The position numbers and the translations under genes are program-made. A stretch of DNA of 64,000 nt, taken from the IMG/VR virus record IMGVR_UViG_3300025087_000689. The stretch is one strand, 5' to 3'. The notes under the pieces are model-generated. The model saw nothing but the letters and a program-made list of their open reading frames with translations, ran no database searches and was not told where the DNA came from. This DNA is from a virus. Its lineage: Duplodnaviria > Caudoviricetes. Positions 18,099-28,578 of this stretch are shown one piece after another (the stretch's first letter is position 1; each line of letters starts with the position of its first letter).

Positions 18099-19209
18099 TT
18101 TCTTCCTCCGGTTCGTCTTCAGGTAATTGTTCTACCTTAGCTTTGATTCTTGATTCAACTTCGTTTATGAGACCTTTTGATGTCAGCTCTTCTTTCATCT
18201 TAACATCAACGGTCCGAACACCAGCGACTATACCTACAGTTTCTCCTACTAAGGTTTTGTAGATCCACTTAGTACCCTCCTTAGTAATGAGACCTTGTTT
18301 ACGGGCATGATATACCGTATCATAATCATTATCAAAACCTACACCATCAAAGAAATGTAATACTGTATTATCACCCGAACGTGATTTTATACTGTGAGAG
18401 GCTTTAGTTAGTCTGACATTAATAAGTCTTCCAACTGGATGTTTCTCATCTTCACCTGGCCATTCCTTACGAGCTGCGTTGTGTAGTAAGAGTTTAAGAG
18501 ATGTCATGTGTTCAAGAGCATTACCACCTGAGTTTGTTTCTCTAACATACATTGTATTGCTAAGATCTAGTCTTACTTGATTAATCATGATAACCATCAT
18601 ACCTGAATCTGCCACAGCGGCTGTAGCCATACGAAAGAACTGTGATAGTTTTCGTGGGATCTGTGCCATTGTATTGTCATCAACTGATCTATCACCTTTC
18701 TTTGAGACCATCTCTGAACGAGATGCTAAGGCAGTAATAGTATCAATGACTAAACAGTCACAGAGCTTTTCAGTAGCCATCTTAATACAGAAGTCGAGAC
18801 ACTGTTCGAGGTCTTTGAAGTTACCGCCGATGAGTTTCTTTGCGTCGACTCCGTTTCTAACTGCCCATTCCATTGAGAATCTACGTTCGTTATTCGCGAA
18901 GGCACATGTAAGTCCTTCTAATTGTAGCTTACCAATGAGTCGACAAGCCATAGTAGTCTTGCCAACACCTGGTCCGCCAACGATTTGAATGTATTGTCCG
19001 CGTGGGAAGTTATCTGTGAGTCTATCAAGAGCTTTGATTCCTGATGAGACTGTTTCGATCTTGCCGAAGTTAGGATCACCGAAGGAGACTGTAGCCCCTT
19101 TATTCTTCTCGGCAAACTGAGCGAGGACTGCTTTGAGTTTTCTAGACTTCTCAGCTGTCGTTTGTGGTTTAGGTTCTTCGACTTCTTGTTCTTTAACTTT
19201 TTTTGACAT
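18079..19209 (-). CDS. recA: RecA/UvsX-family recombinase
   Basis: SSGIKALD, GGPGVGKT, VIDTITAL, INQVR, GGNALEH. Confidence 0.9.
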   Translation of the reverse strand: MSKKVKEQEVEEPKPQTTAEKSRKLKAVLAQFAEKNKGATVSFGDPNFGKIETVSSGIKALDRLTDNFPRGQYIQIVGGPGVGKTTMACRLIGKLQLEGLTCAFANNERRFSMEWAVRNGVDAKKLIGGNFKDLEQCLDFCIKMATEKLCDCLVIDTITALASRSEMVSKKGDRSVDDNTMAQIPRKLSQFFRMATAAVADSGMMVIMINQVRLDLSNTMYVRETNSGGNALEHMTSLKLLLHNAARKEWPGEDEKHPVGRLINVRLTKASHSIKSRSGDNTVLHFFDGVGFDNDYDTVYHARKQGLITKEGTKWIYKTLVGETVGIVAGVRTVDVKMKEELTSKGLINEVESRIKAKVEQLPEDEPEEENVEETT

Positions 19210-19285
19210 AAAATAAGTAACTCCTTAGGAAGAAAAGTGTTAGGGTTTATGCTAGAGTAAGAGTAAGTGATAATGTAATACTCTA

Positions 19286-19314
19286 AATATAATATAAAAC
19301 CTAACAAAAGTCAA
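19286..19314 (-). promoter_or_regulatory. Sigma70-like promoter upstream of recA
   Basis: TTGACT-17 nt-TATATT. Confidence 0.65.
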
Positions 19315-19579
19315 GCGTTAATTGACCTTTTCGACCCAACGTTTCATCTCTTTATAAGGTTGCAGGCGTAGGATGAACTTTTTAACATCTGGAAAGTTAG
19401 TGTGTTTCACACGGTCGATAAAATTACGTGTGCGGATGTTACCAACTTCATGTGATCTTAATACAGAGGAGATGATTCGTTCTCCCAGTAATTGGATCTT
19501 TGGTTCTCTCTGCTTGGTATAGATCATACCACTGCAAAGCAATGTGGTGTCAGATGCCAGAAATGAAGCTCTGTTCTTT

Positions 19580-20095
19580 TCACTTCTTTCCCTTACGAAC
19601 TTTTTTACGAGTAGTGTTCTTGTGTTTTTCGATAGCATTGTCTTCTCCTTTTATTTGTTTTTCTGTTATGTTGAATTTGTTTCTTAATTTTATTTCTAAC
19701 GCAGCCAAAGTGTTCCATGCTTCATGTGATTCGTGAAGCAAATTGCTATCCTTATCATTTTCCCAGTATCTGGATTTTAATAGATGTCTCCATTTAGCAT
19801 CCGTATATCTCTCTCTTGCCTCGGGTACAAATTGCCATCCACCTCTTGTATATTTGATAGCACCATGAGTTCCAATTTCAGCAATAGCCAATAAAGCTAG
19901 TCCAAAATCACCCAAAACACCAGCCTTAACTTTACCATGATCTAGTTTAGCTCCTGGTCTATGTTGATCTATTTTATATGGATCTTTTTCTTTAGAGGAT
20001 TGGTGTTGGTCCGTGGTTTTCATAACTTGTGGTTGTTGTGATTCGTTCTTTTGCATATGTTTGATACTCATCTTGAATACTCCTCTTAAAATCAT
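19580..20095 (-). CDS. dATP/dGTP diphosphohydrolase domain protein (DUF5664-like)
   Basis: GAKLDHGK..GAIKY..W..RYTDA..RH..H. Confidence 0.8.
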   Translation of the reverse strand: MILRGVFKMSIKHMQKNESQQPQVMKTTDQHQSSKEKDPYKIDQHRPGAKLDHGKVKAGVLGDFGLALLAIAEIGTHGAIKYTRGGWQFVPEARERYTDAKWRHLLKSRYWENDKDSNLLHESHEAWNTLAALEIKLRNKFNITEKQIKGEDNAIEKHKNTTRKKVRKGKK

Positions 20096-20732
20096 CTCTA
20101 ATTATTATTATTTCCTGTAATTTTTGCTCGGCAAATTGGGCTAGTAACATCTTACGTGAATTCTTGCTTAAATGTGCGTCAATTGAATTGAGTCTTACAG
20201 ATTCTCTTCGGATATCAGGCTCGAGATTGCAAGCCAATATCGTAAGCGTTTCTCGTGTTGAACTAACTATATCACTGAGATGGTCTAATCTTACGTTAGC
20301 TATAGCAGAACCGACATAAGTTTCTGATAACATATCCATTAAGTCTTCTATATGTATTGTGGCTGCATAACTCAAACTATAGCTTGCTAGATAATTCTCA
20401 AATAATGTTTTAATAGCAACGACATTTTCACGTAGTTGCTTTAAGGTATTGTCATTATCCATAATTTGTTTCGTATAATAAGACCGAAAAGAAGAACGAA
20501 CAAGCGGATTTATATTAGCACTAACGTAGGGATTTCTACGATTTTTACGTGTCTTAGTAAAGATTGAGTCTACCAGACCGGGAACAGTCACCTCTTGTAG
20601 GATGATTTCACTTTTAGATACTATGTCTCTAACGATCTTATTAACTGCAATCTTACTAATCTGATTTCGTTTGTCAACTACTATCGCTAGTGGAGTTGGC
20701 GTCGCTTCAATCGTTTTTATCGTTGTATCCAT
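19992..20732 (-). CDS. Hypothetical helical protein
   Basis: 246-aa ORF. Confidence 0.7.
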   Translation of the reverse strand: MDTTIKTIEATPTPLAIVVDKRNQISKIAVNKIVRDIVSKSEIILQEVTVPGLVDSIFTKTRKNRRNPYVSANINPLVRSSFRSYYTKQIMDNDNTLKQLRENVVAIKTLFENYLASYSLSYAATIHIEDLMDMLSETYVGSAIANVRLDHLSDIVSSTRETLTILACNLEPDIRRESVRLNSIDAHLSKNSRKMLLAQFAEQKLQEIIIIRDDFKRSIQDEYQTYAKERITTTTSYENHGPTPIL

Positions 20733-21312
20733 TTTTCTTTAGATCCTCTGCTAGGTCCTTGGCTTTTGTTTGGAGTACTTTGACTTCTTCTCTGACGATC
20801 GCAAGGAAGTCATCAGCAGACATACCCTTTGTGTAGGCATCAAAGGTACGAGATTCTATTTTGCTTAGATAGTCGTTGTATTCTTCAACAACCTTTTTTG
20901 TTTGTTTCTCGGCTCGGGCTTTTAAAGTTGAATTAACCTTACTGATCGTATCGGAGATGACACCAAAGTCATCTGACGCTTTCACATCATTCTCGTCTTC
21001 GTCATAGTCATTTTCTTCACGAGCTTCTTCCATTTCACTTTTATTAATGTTAATTAAAGACTTGAGAAACTCATATCGTCTCTCAGCCAATTGTCTTTGT
21101 AACTGTGAGATCTCTGTTGCTATTGGTGATTCGTTTACTACTTTCTTAGCTTGTTCTTTGAAACAATCGTAGCTAACAGAGCTATTAAAAGATACTCGTT
21201 GGCGATAGAAACTAGTGATGATAGTTGGAACGTTTTGAATACTATCAGCTAGAATATTTGTGACTATACGCCGGACTTCTTTCATGTCCTGCATACTCAT
21301 CTTTTTTGACAT
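20707..21312 (-). CDS. Hypothetical coiled-coil protein
   Basis: 201-aa ORF. Confidence 0.7.
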   Translation of the reverse strand: MSKKMSMQDMKEVRRIVTNILADSIQNVPTIITSFYRQRVSFNSSVSYDCFKEQAKKVVNESPIATEISQLQRQLAERRYEFLKSLININKSEMEEAREENDYDEDENDVKASDDFGVISDTISKVNSTLKARAEKQTKKVVEEYNDYLSKIESRTFDAYTKGMSADDFLAIVREEVKVLQTKAKDLAEDLKKNGYNDKND

Positions 21313-21495
21313 AGTGACCTCCTAATATTGCACCTATATTTCTAATAATTTCGCGACATAACCACTTAACAGCAGGTCCCATGATAGCCCAAAATAATAC
21401 ACCATAGAAGAATATAAAGACTTTGTTACTGGGAATAATTAAAGTAAAGGCTATGCCTAGTAAACGAATTGTAAGAGAGACTGGAATGATAGGCA

Positions 21496-21780
21496 TTAAT
21501 TAAGAATCTCCCTTATCTTTAACAATTCAAGATATGCTTTCTCATGGTTGTTATCTGCGGTTTGAATGGCAAGTGAAACGATTGTACGAAAGTGTGAAGT
21601 AGGATCGTAGTGATCTTCGTTCTCTTCTGGTCCTTTATATATCTTCAGTGAGTTAAGATACTTACCGACTTTGACTTTCGCATCTTCAATTCCAATCTTA
21701 TCTGTAACACTGTATGCCCGTGCAAGTTGTATGCATGACACTGCTATAGCTTTTTCAAATGTATCTGGTCCAATATTCAT
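21496..21780 (-). CDS. Hypothetical protein
   Basis: ORF, ATGA-coupled. Confidence 0.65.
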   Translation of the reverse strand: MNIGPDTFEKAIAVSCIQLARAYSVTDKIGIEDAKVKVGKYLNSLKIYKGPEENEDHYDPTSHFRTIVSLAIQTADNNHEKAYLELLKIREILN

Positions 21781-22208
21781 TTGAATAATATAATTCCTCC
21801 TTTTAATCCTTCTACTAATTCTTTATAGTCTGGATGATTACTTGGAAAACTGATTGGCATACCTTTGGCGATGACAAGACTTGCAATTTTATATCCATGA
21901 ACTAATCTATCAGTTATCTTTTCATAGATAACATCTTTTCTATGTTCATATACCTTCTTGAAGTTAGTAATTTTCATCCACCACTCACCTTCTAATCTTT
22001 TTGCTGAAATCTCAGTTTCCATCTTTTGGAAGTGATAGTAGGTTAGTTCATCACTGAACTTCATGATCTGATAGAAATCACCGTTATCTTTGTAGAAACT
22101 AGCATGTTCATACATGTCTCTATCTAGATCGAAGATATGAATTCGATTAGGGTTTGGAGTTAGTTCACCACCATAAACGAACTCCAAAACATTAATCATC
22201 TTCATCAA
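21777..22208 (-). CDS. Hypothetical protein
   Basis: ORF in operon. Confidence 0.65.
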   Translation of the reverse strand: MMKMINVLEFVYGGELTPNPNRIHIFDLDRDMYEHASFYKDNGDFYQIMKFSDELTYYHFQKMETEISAKRLEGEWWMKITNFKKVYEHRKDVIYEKITDRLVHGYKIASLVIAKGMPISFPSNHPDYKELVEGLKGGIILFK

Positions 22209-22503
22209 AGCTCCAGTTTGATTGTCTATTGCTAGATAGATGTTTTAAAATGTGAGATGGTACTTTTTGGCCTTTACTTAGGTTCTCGTCAACTAAAAAT
22301 TTCAATACATTTGAGTAGAATTCTCCCCTCATCTTGGTTATGCTATCGAAAATAAGTCGGTTAGGATAAATGCCTATACTTGTTTCGAGATGCAACATCA
22401 AGGATCGAAAGGCGGATTCAACTTTCTCTTTTGGTATTAAGTTATTAACTGTAAGAATACATGTAATAGTACCATCATCTGATTCAAATCGTAGTTTGTG
22501 CAT
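22192..22503 (-). CDS. Hypothetical protein
   Basis: ORF with GGAG SD. Confidence 0.6.
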   Translation of the reverse strand: MHKLRFESDDGTITCILTVNNLIPKEKVESAFRSLMLHLETSIGIYPNRLIFDSITKMRGEFYSNVLKFLVDENLSKGQKVPSHILKHLSSNRQSNWSFDEDD

Positions 22504-22510
22504 TAAACTC

Positions 22511-23128
22511 CTATGGTGTTATATCCACATTAGGAGAAGGACTTACATTAGGCTTAACCGGAGTATCATCATCTTTATTAAAGAAAGAAGCAGCCTTTTT
22601 TAAAGAAGATTGCTTTTGAATGAATTCCTTATGAGCTTGTAATGCTCCATTCTTCCAATGTGTTATATCATGACGCTCTTCTTCAGTCATAGTCTTTTCG
22701 AGCTTTTCATAATGTTTTTTATCTAATTGACCTTCAAGAAGAGCATTAACCGGGTTGGTATACGGACAATCAGATGAATGATCATCAAGAAGAAAACGAT
22801 TACTCCACTCACGATCTTGTGACATGAGACCAATGAGAAAACCCTCAATCTTAGCTTGAAGAATGATACTACCAACATACTTTACCGACTCTTCACTTGG
22901 CATTGTGACGCCAGAGTAACGTATCTCGCGTATCTCTTCCTTGACTGAGTCTTTGGCCCACTTAAACAGAACGGGTTCTGCAACCTGGAGTTCGTTCTTC
23001 ATATCTATGATGCGGTCTTTGGGTATTGCTCGCACCTTAGATATGATATCTTCCGTGACTGAATACGGAAGTTTCATATTTTCTTCCTTTTTTCTTGAAT
23101 TAAAATCAGAATTAGATAAATGTATCAT
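22511..23128 (-). CDS. Hypothetical protein (true start probably MKLPY at ~23077)
   Basis: AAGGAAG SD before the second ATG. Confidence 0.7.
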   Translation of the reverse strand: MIHLSNSDFNSRKKEENMKLPYSVTEDIISKVRAIPKDRIIDMKNELQVAEPVLFKWAKDSVKEEIREIRYSGVTMPSEESVKYVGSIILQAKIEGFLIGLMSQDREWSNRFLLDDHSSDCPYTNPVNALLEGQLDKKHYEKLEKTMTEEERHDITHWKNGALQAHKEFIQKQSSLKKAASFFNKDDDTPVKPNVSPSPNVDITP

Positions 23129-23153
23129 TCTTTGTTCTAATTGTCATCGAGAA
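23097..23153 (+). pseudogene. Inverted HNH C-terminal remnant
   Basis: + strand translation ELKSELDKCIILCSNCHRE. Confidence 0.65.
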
Positions 23154-23178
23154 AAGATGTACAAAGGTCCAGATTTAA

Positions 23179-23451
23179 TTATCCCTGTTGACGTACCGGG
23201 ATAGGAACAGGAATTTCCTGTTGATACGCTGAATCAGATGTTTTACGATCTGTTTGCGTACCTAAAGCTGAAAGAACCTGGGCTACTTCTTCGCAACCGA
23301 GACCTGAGTAACCTTCGACTTCGTACTTGGCGACATAGTCACCAGCACGATCTTTACTGATTGATACTTTTACTGATTTCATTATTAGTTTCTCCTTATT
23401 AGTACGAAGAAGACATTGTAAATTGTAGTTCGTTTTCTTTGAAGTTTGCAA
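23179..23451 (-). CDS. DUF2997-like protein
   Basis: EVEGYSGLGCEEVAQVLSALG..SDSAYQQ; follows the Ycf35-like gene. Confidence 0.7.
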   Translation of the reverse strand: MQTSKKTNYNLQCLLRTNKEKLIMKSVKVSISKDRAGDYVAKYEVEGYSGLGCEEVAQVLSALGTQTDRKTSDSAYQQEIPVPIPVRQQG

Positions 23452-23833
23452 CGTCTTGTGATATTGAAAAGTTCAATTGAGTCAGTTGATTAATGGCTTT
23501 GTAGTACGTATACCGTTTGCCAATTACATCTTTAAATGAATTGGAATCCAGTCTTTCATCATCTTTCGATTTGGCTTCGCTGATCTCATAGAAGTCACCT
23601 ACTGCTTCAAACGTTCCGTCTTCATTCTTTCGGAATCCAACTGCCTGCATGTTGGCACCGTGTGAATCCTGTTTCAGAAGAACATCAACATCGGCTTTAA
23701 CACCATATCTGGATGTAATGTTAAAAGCATTAGTTGCTTCTGCACTTTCATACTGAATACCTAATGCATCCAGTGTCTGACAAAGTGTCGCTTTGTCATT
23801 AATTTTTATTTTAATTGTTGCCTTATGAGAAAT
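23399..23833 (-). CDS. Ycf35/DUF1257-like protein with apparent ATT start (144 aa)
   Basis: GGAGG-ACGTT-ATT TCT CAT AAG (M)SHKATIKIKINDKATLCQTLDALG..VGFRKNEDGTFEAVGDFY; frame is open. Confidence 0.75.
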   Translation of the reverse strand: MSHKATIKIKINDKATLCQTLDALGIQYESAEATNAFNITSRYGVKADVDVLLKQDSHGANMQAVGFRKNEDGTFEAVGDFYEISEAKSKDDERLDSNSFKDVIGKRYTYYKAINQLTQLNFSISQDVANFKENELQFTMSSSY

Positions 23834-23853
23834 AACGTCCTCCTTTGTTTGTC

Positions 23854-24135
23854 TTAATCTTTTGGATTAAAACTTGTTGTTAATTGAAATGTTTCTTTAT
23901 CCATGTAACTAATTTCTAGGTTATCACCTAGTTTCTTAGCTTTCATATACAAATCATTTGCTTTTACTATGACGTATGGGTCTGCTCCTCTTTGAGAGTA
24001 ACAGTCTCTTAATGCATACAAAGCATTAAGAAGCAATTCTTTATAATCTTTCCTTTCCATAGGAACTACCTTGAACTTCTCGGTAGCTCTGAGATAAAGA
24101 TTAAAGGATTTGTCTACGTCTTCGTCAAGACTCAT
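23854..24135 (-). CDS. Hypothetical protein
   Basis: ATGA-coupled to the AAA gene. Confidence 0.65.
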   Translation of the reverse strand: MSLDEDVDKSFNLYLRATEKFKVVPMERKDYKELLLNALYALRDCYSQRGADPYVIVKANDLYMKAKKLGDNLEISYMDKETFQLTTSFNPKD

Positions 24136-25937
24136 AGTTGTCCAGTAATACCAAGATCATCGGCTGAGAACTTGGCTTTCTTATCGTCTTTCTTAGTTTT
24201 CTTAGTTACTGAACCGTCAATGAATTCTTTAGCTTTGGTAGATGCAAATCTTGCGTGTTTCTGGCCCCACTTACGGATTTTTGTGATCTTTTCCTGTGCC
24301 GTGCAAGATATAGGTATCGTAGTGGATAAAGCTTCTTCTATATCGGCCGTTGTGATATCATATTTACCACCAGCTACGATCTTATCTTCATCAACCTTTT
24401 CATTAATGGCATCTGAGTATTTTGCGAAGAGAGCGTCGTTGATTGCTTCTTCTATCTCCGCACCGCTATAATCGAAGTACTCTCCATTACGTTCATAACG
24501 AATTTTGGCCAGTTTGTCTAGGTCGAATTTTTTGGGATCGCGAGGCACTGGTTTGATTCTCTGTAGATGGATGCGATATATTTCTTTTCTCTCTTCTTCC
24601 GTTGGTAAATCCACGAACCAGATAGCATCGAAACGACCCTTACGAAGAAGCTCTGCTGGAAGCTGGCTGATATCGTTAGCTGTTGCGATTACAAAAACAG
24701 GTTTTGTTTTGTCCTGCATCCATGAAATGAATGTACCGAAGACGCGGGATGAAGTGCCACCATCACTGAAGTTTGAACTTCCAGTACCTGAGAGACCTTT
24801 TTCTATTTCGTCAATCCAAAGGCAACACGGGGACATGGCTTCAACTTGAGAAATCATATTTCTCGTATTTTTCTCAGATGAACCAACAAGTCCAGCGAAG
24901 ATACGACCGAAATCAAGACGTACCAGAGGTAAACGATAAGTTCCTGCAACGGCTTTGGCAAGCATTGATTTTCCACCACCTTGAACTCCGGTTATTAAAC
25001 AACCTTTAGGTGGACGAACACCAAAATCACTTGCTTTTCCTGTTACAGCATTACCACGTTGAATTAACCATTCTTTTATCTCTCCATTCCCACCAACATC
25101 AGTCATTGGTTCTGTTCGAGTCCAGATCTCCAATACCTGAGACCGTTTGATAATATTTTTCTTTTCTTCTGCAACTCGTAGATACTCGATAACACCATCA
25201 GGTGTGTTGTTAATTGATTTAGAAAAAGCTATGGTTATCTCAGAACGAGTTAAACCTTGAGCCGATTTAACGATATCACTGATCTCTTCTTGAGAGTAAG
25301 TTGTACGATACCGCATATCCTTACCACGAGCTCTGGCAATGTGATGACGTTCGTCTTTCTTATCTACTTTCGCTTTTTTCTTGATGCCATTGACTATAAC
25401 TTCCAGAATATTCTGGATAAGAGCAGCATCAGGATAATCGAAGTCAACATAGTAGATATCCTTCTGTAACTCATCAGGAATTTCATTCGAGGGACCAACT
25501 AGAAAGATTGTCTTCATCGTGATCGATAAGTGTTTGATGATATCCCTCATTTTACGTGCTGGCATGGGAATGTTCATCAACTTGTGTAGATCACGCATGA
25601 TAAGGACTGAACCATCATGTGTCTCATAGTTGAGACGATCAGAAGCTACCTGTTCCATTGCTACAACAGGTTGAAGAGTCTGCATATCTGCAGTCTTTAG
25701 AGTGTCGAAGTTCTGAAACTGGTCTCCCTTGATTTCGACTAATCCTTGGGTACACGACCACATGAAGAGCTTACGACGAGGATTGATCTTACCTATTTCG
25801 TCACCTTCTTCTTTTGTGATTCCAATGATAGGTGAATGTACGATCTCTTCGATGACTCGCCGTTCTTCGAACGTATTTACCCAGATTATAGGTTGTCTTG
25901 AATTCCAAATTTCTTCAATTTCTTTTATACCAGGCAT
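24132..25937 (-). CDS. Ycf46-like AAA+ ATPase
   Basis: DVGGNGEIKEWL, GVQGGGKS, WIDEIEK, ATAN, LLRKGRFD. Confidence 0.88.
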   Translation of the reverse strand: MPGIKEIEEIWNSRQPIIWVNTFEERRVIEEIVHSPIIGITKEEGDEIGKINPRRKLFMWSCTQGLVEIKGDQFQNFDTLKTADMQTLQPVVAMEQVASDRLNYETHDGSVLIMRDLHKLMNIPMPARKMRDIIKHLSITMKTIFLVGPSNEIPDELQKDIYYVDFDYPDAALIQNILEVIVNGIKKKAKVDKKDERHHIARARGKDMRYRTTYSQEEISDIVKSAQGLTRSEITIAFSKSINNTPDGVIEYLRVAEEKKNIIKRSQVLEIWTRTEPMTDVGGNGEIKEWLIQRGNAVTGKASDFGVRPPKGCLITGVQGGGKSMLAKAVAGTYRLPLVRLDFGRIFAGLVGSSEKNTRNMISQVEAMSPCCLWIDEIEKGLSGTGSSNFSDGGTSSRVFGTFISWMQDKTKPVFVIATANDISQLPAELLRKGRFDAIWFVDLPTEEERKEIYRIHLQRIKPVPRDPKKFDLDKLAKIRYERNGEYFDYSGAEIEEAINDALFAKYSDAINEKVDEDKIVAGGKYDITTADIEEALSTTIPISCTAQEKITKIRKWGQKHARFASTKAKEFIDGSVTKKTKKDDKKAKFSADDLGITGQL

Positions 25938-26009
25938 TTGTTTTTCCTTTTTGAATTTTTATTTAAAAATCTTAATTTCTAAACTTTTTTATTTTCTCGA
26001 AATCTCCTC

Positions 26010-26041
26010 CGAAAATTTTGGTAATTTTTGAATTTCTATAG
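26010..26041. repeat. Dispersed 32-bp intergenic motif, copy 2
   Basis: 30/32 identity to 12446-12477. Confidence 0.85.
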
Positions 26042-26051
26042 CATTTTAGCG

Positions 26052-26837
26052 TTAAATACGACTATGAATGTTAAAGTCTTTGGTGGATAATTCAATTGTA
26101 ACAATACCCGGTGTTGTAGGCTCAAATCCTGATCTTATAGCGTATTCAGCATCCATTAAATAACTACCATTGGACGCAAATACTACTTTTCTTTTAACCA
26201 TCTGACCGTTGATCTTTTTCCATACATCTTTAACAAATACATTTTTATGATGGATGTGACCTTTTACATAGACGTCGGCTTCTACTTGTTTTTGAATGGA
26301 TTCCATTTTGCTATATCGACCAGCTACGGTTTTTGGGATGGATCCACACCCATGTTCAGCATAGATAGTATATTGTTCTTTATGTCCTCTATTCTGTAAA
26401 TTTAGTTCAAGTATGCCGTGATATCCAACGTAAGGTACATTTAAATCCTTAGCCATTATGTAAGAAGGAGATATACCTGCCGTTTTCTGACTTCTATCTT
26501 CATGGTTTCCGTCACATAACATATGTATGTGTTTTGATATGGGAAGTAACATTTTAGTAGCTACTTCCATCTGTTTTGTTGGACTTGGATATTTCATCTC
26601 AAATGGAAGACCTTTAGATGAAGGTATTACATTTTCTATTAAATCGCCAGTTAATATTACACCGAATTCTTTCGGATCTTCTTTTGCAATCCAATTGACC
26701 ATCTTACCGATTTCACGTTCATCACAACTTTGATGTCCGATATGTAGATCACCAAATATGATCATATGAAATGTGTCTTTGTTGACCTGAATATTTTTTC
26801 TTATTAATGATAACTTACTAACTTGCTCTTCATTCAT
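26052..26837 (-). CDS. Metallophosphoesterase
   Basis: GDLH, TGD, GNHE, EHG, GHIH. Confidence 0.88.
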   Translation of the reverse strand: MNEEQVSKLSLIRKNIQVNKDTFHMIIFGDLHIGHQSCDEREIGKMVNWIAKEDPKEFGVILTGDLIENVIPSSKGLPFEMKYPSPTKQMEVATKMLLPISKHIHMLCDGNHEDRSQKTAGISPSYIMAKDLNVPYVGYHGILELNLQNRGHKEQYTIYAEHGCGSIPKTVAGRYSKMESIQKQVEADVYVKGHIHHKNVFVKDVWKKINGQMVKRKVVFASNGSYLMDAEYAIRSGFEPTTPGIVTIELSTKDFNIHSRI

Positions 26838-27528
26838 CTTTTACTCCCTATTAAATAACAGCCTTTTGAATAGTCTGCTTTTTTTGTTTCTTCAGGTATA
26901 TATGGACAATGTCTAACAGAACCATCTCGGTATATATTAATTTGTGTGGCACCAGGACATTCTTGTCCGTTTATTCTAGTTAATAAACAATTATCTAAAT
27001 GGATATTCTTAAGATGTCGCGACTTAGTAATAATATTCATGTAGTTTACTGCGGCTGGTTCATTTTTCCAATGATAACCAAATTTGTTAACTATAATATA
27101 GAATGGTACATCTCCTAAGTCCTGAAGAGCTAGATCATCAATTTCATCAGCCATGACTGAGAAACTTTTGATAAATGGAAAGTTTTCTTTAAGTTCTTTT
27201 GCTTTGCGAACATCCCTAATTGTATGTAGACTGAGGTGAAAATTTACACCGCTCAGTCGCCGTAACTGCCAAAGACCCTCTATATTAGTAGTTATAGTTT
27301 TCGTGACAGTTGTAAGTGCAAGCAAAGCTTCGAGGAAAATAGGAGATTCGTTCCCATTGTAGTCGATTAACAGTTCCGTCAAAGAAGGTAAGTTCGTCAT
27401 ATGTTGGGATACTAACTTGATATACATCGGTTGAGTTAGTGACGGTCTGTACTTCTTCTTCTCTTCGTAACAGTTCGGACATTTTCGGCCACATTTTGTC
27501 TCCGGTATCAAACATAGCGAATTAATCA
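26834..27528 (-). CDS. Radical SAM protein (SPASM/twitch-like C-terminus)
   Basis: MINSLCL..CGRKCPNCY (CxxxCxxC); C-terminal CPG..INIYRDGSVRHC. Confidence 0.75.
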
Positions 27529-27953
27529 TTGTCTTCAAGTAACTCTTCTGGAAGTCCCTCTCGCATAACAGTTTCAGCCATTTCGCCAATTTTCTCAGCT
27601 TGTTTCTTGAGATATTTGACGATATATGATTGCATCTGTTCTTTGGTGATAGTGTCGCTATCAAACTGTACTTGACATGTTCCGTGTTGTTGTTCCAGTT
27701 TTTCTACAGCTTTTCTGAAGTACCAGCCAAAGGTGAAAAAGAGAGAAGATCCATTTCCACCATGTCCAACAAATAGATCCCCCAGTCGTCCAACTTTAGG
27801 ACGTATTTCTTTAAGGTTATCCTTAACAAGTTTCTGAACTTGATCAAAGATATCAGTTGGTCCAAGGATGGTATTATCCTCAAACTTGAGTCTCATTTGA
27901 AACATTGTACGGGTGCCAATATCTGGAACCACGTCATCATTTGTTAGATCCAT
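27522..27953 (-). CDS. Hypothetical protein
   Basis: 143-aa ORF with SD. Confidence 0.7.
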   Translation of the reverse strand: MDLTNDDVVPDIGTRTMFQMRLKFEDNTILGPTDIFDQVQKLVKDNLKEIRPKVGRLGDLFVGHGGNGSSLFFTFGWYFRKAVEKLEQQHGTCQVQFDSDTITKEQMQSYIVKYLKKQAEKIGEMAETVMREGLPEELLEDND

Positions 27954-28062
27954 GAATCACCTTTTATATTAAAGAAAAAGCGGAGGTAGGGCTCTTCTAT
28001 CAAAATTTGAGCCCACTTTTACAGTATATAATCAAACATCTCCGCACTCGTACAGGTCTTGT

Positions 28063-28470
28063 TTATAGATCGTCGTTACTAATAGATGCTTGAGATGCTG
28101 CCGCAGGTGCTGCTTCGTTGGTTTGTCTATCTCCAAAGACGATATTGACAGCATTGCGACCTTCGCAAGTAACACGGATAAAGGATTTTTCCATGTATAC
28201 TTCTTGAGTCTGTTCACCATAAAGAGATACACGAGTTCCAGGTTGATTTAGTAACTCAATAACTTTAGAGTCACCTTTCACATTACGCCACTGAATACTG
28301 TAGTTGTCGTATTGTGCTTTTTCACCTGTTTTGGTGTATTTTTTGTGTGAAACTTTGAAATTTACCTGTCCATATTCGCCTTTGTCATTTGCCTTGAAAG
28401 AAGCTTGTGGTTTTCCATCAAAACCTTTACTCACATATACATCTGTGAGATGTGTAATTGCTTGACTCAT
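28063..28470 (-). CDS. ssb: Single-stranded DNA-binding protein (OB fold)
   Basis: SSB-like beta pattern, G.RVSLYGE, acidic tail NDDL. Confidence 0.7.
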   Translation of the reverse strand: MSQAITHLTDVYVSKGFDGKPQASFKANDKGEYGQVNFKVSHKKYTKTGEKAQYDNYSIQWRNVKGDSKVIELLNQPGTRVSLYGEQTQEVYMEKSFIRVTCEGRNAVNIVFGDRQTNEAAPAAASQASISNDDL

Positions 28471-28578
28471 TTCGAGACCTCCTTTTGTTTGTTTTTTGAT
28501 GTAATCTTATTGTCTTGTTTGTCATTTTCTTTAATGGCATTACTAGCAGTAATAAGTATTACATCACTTATTTTAATA

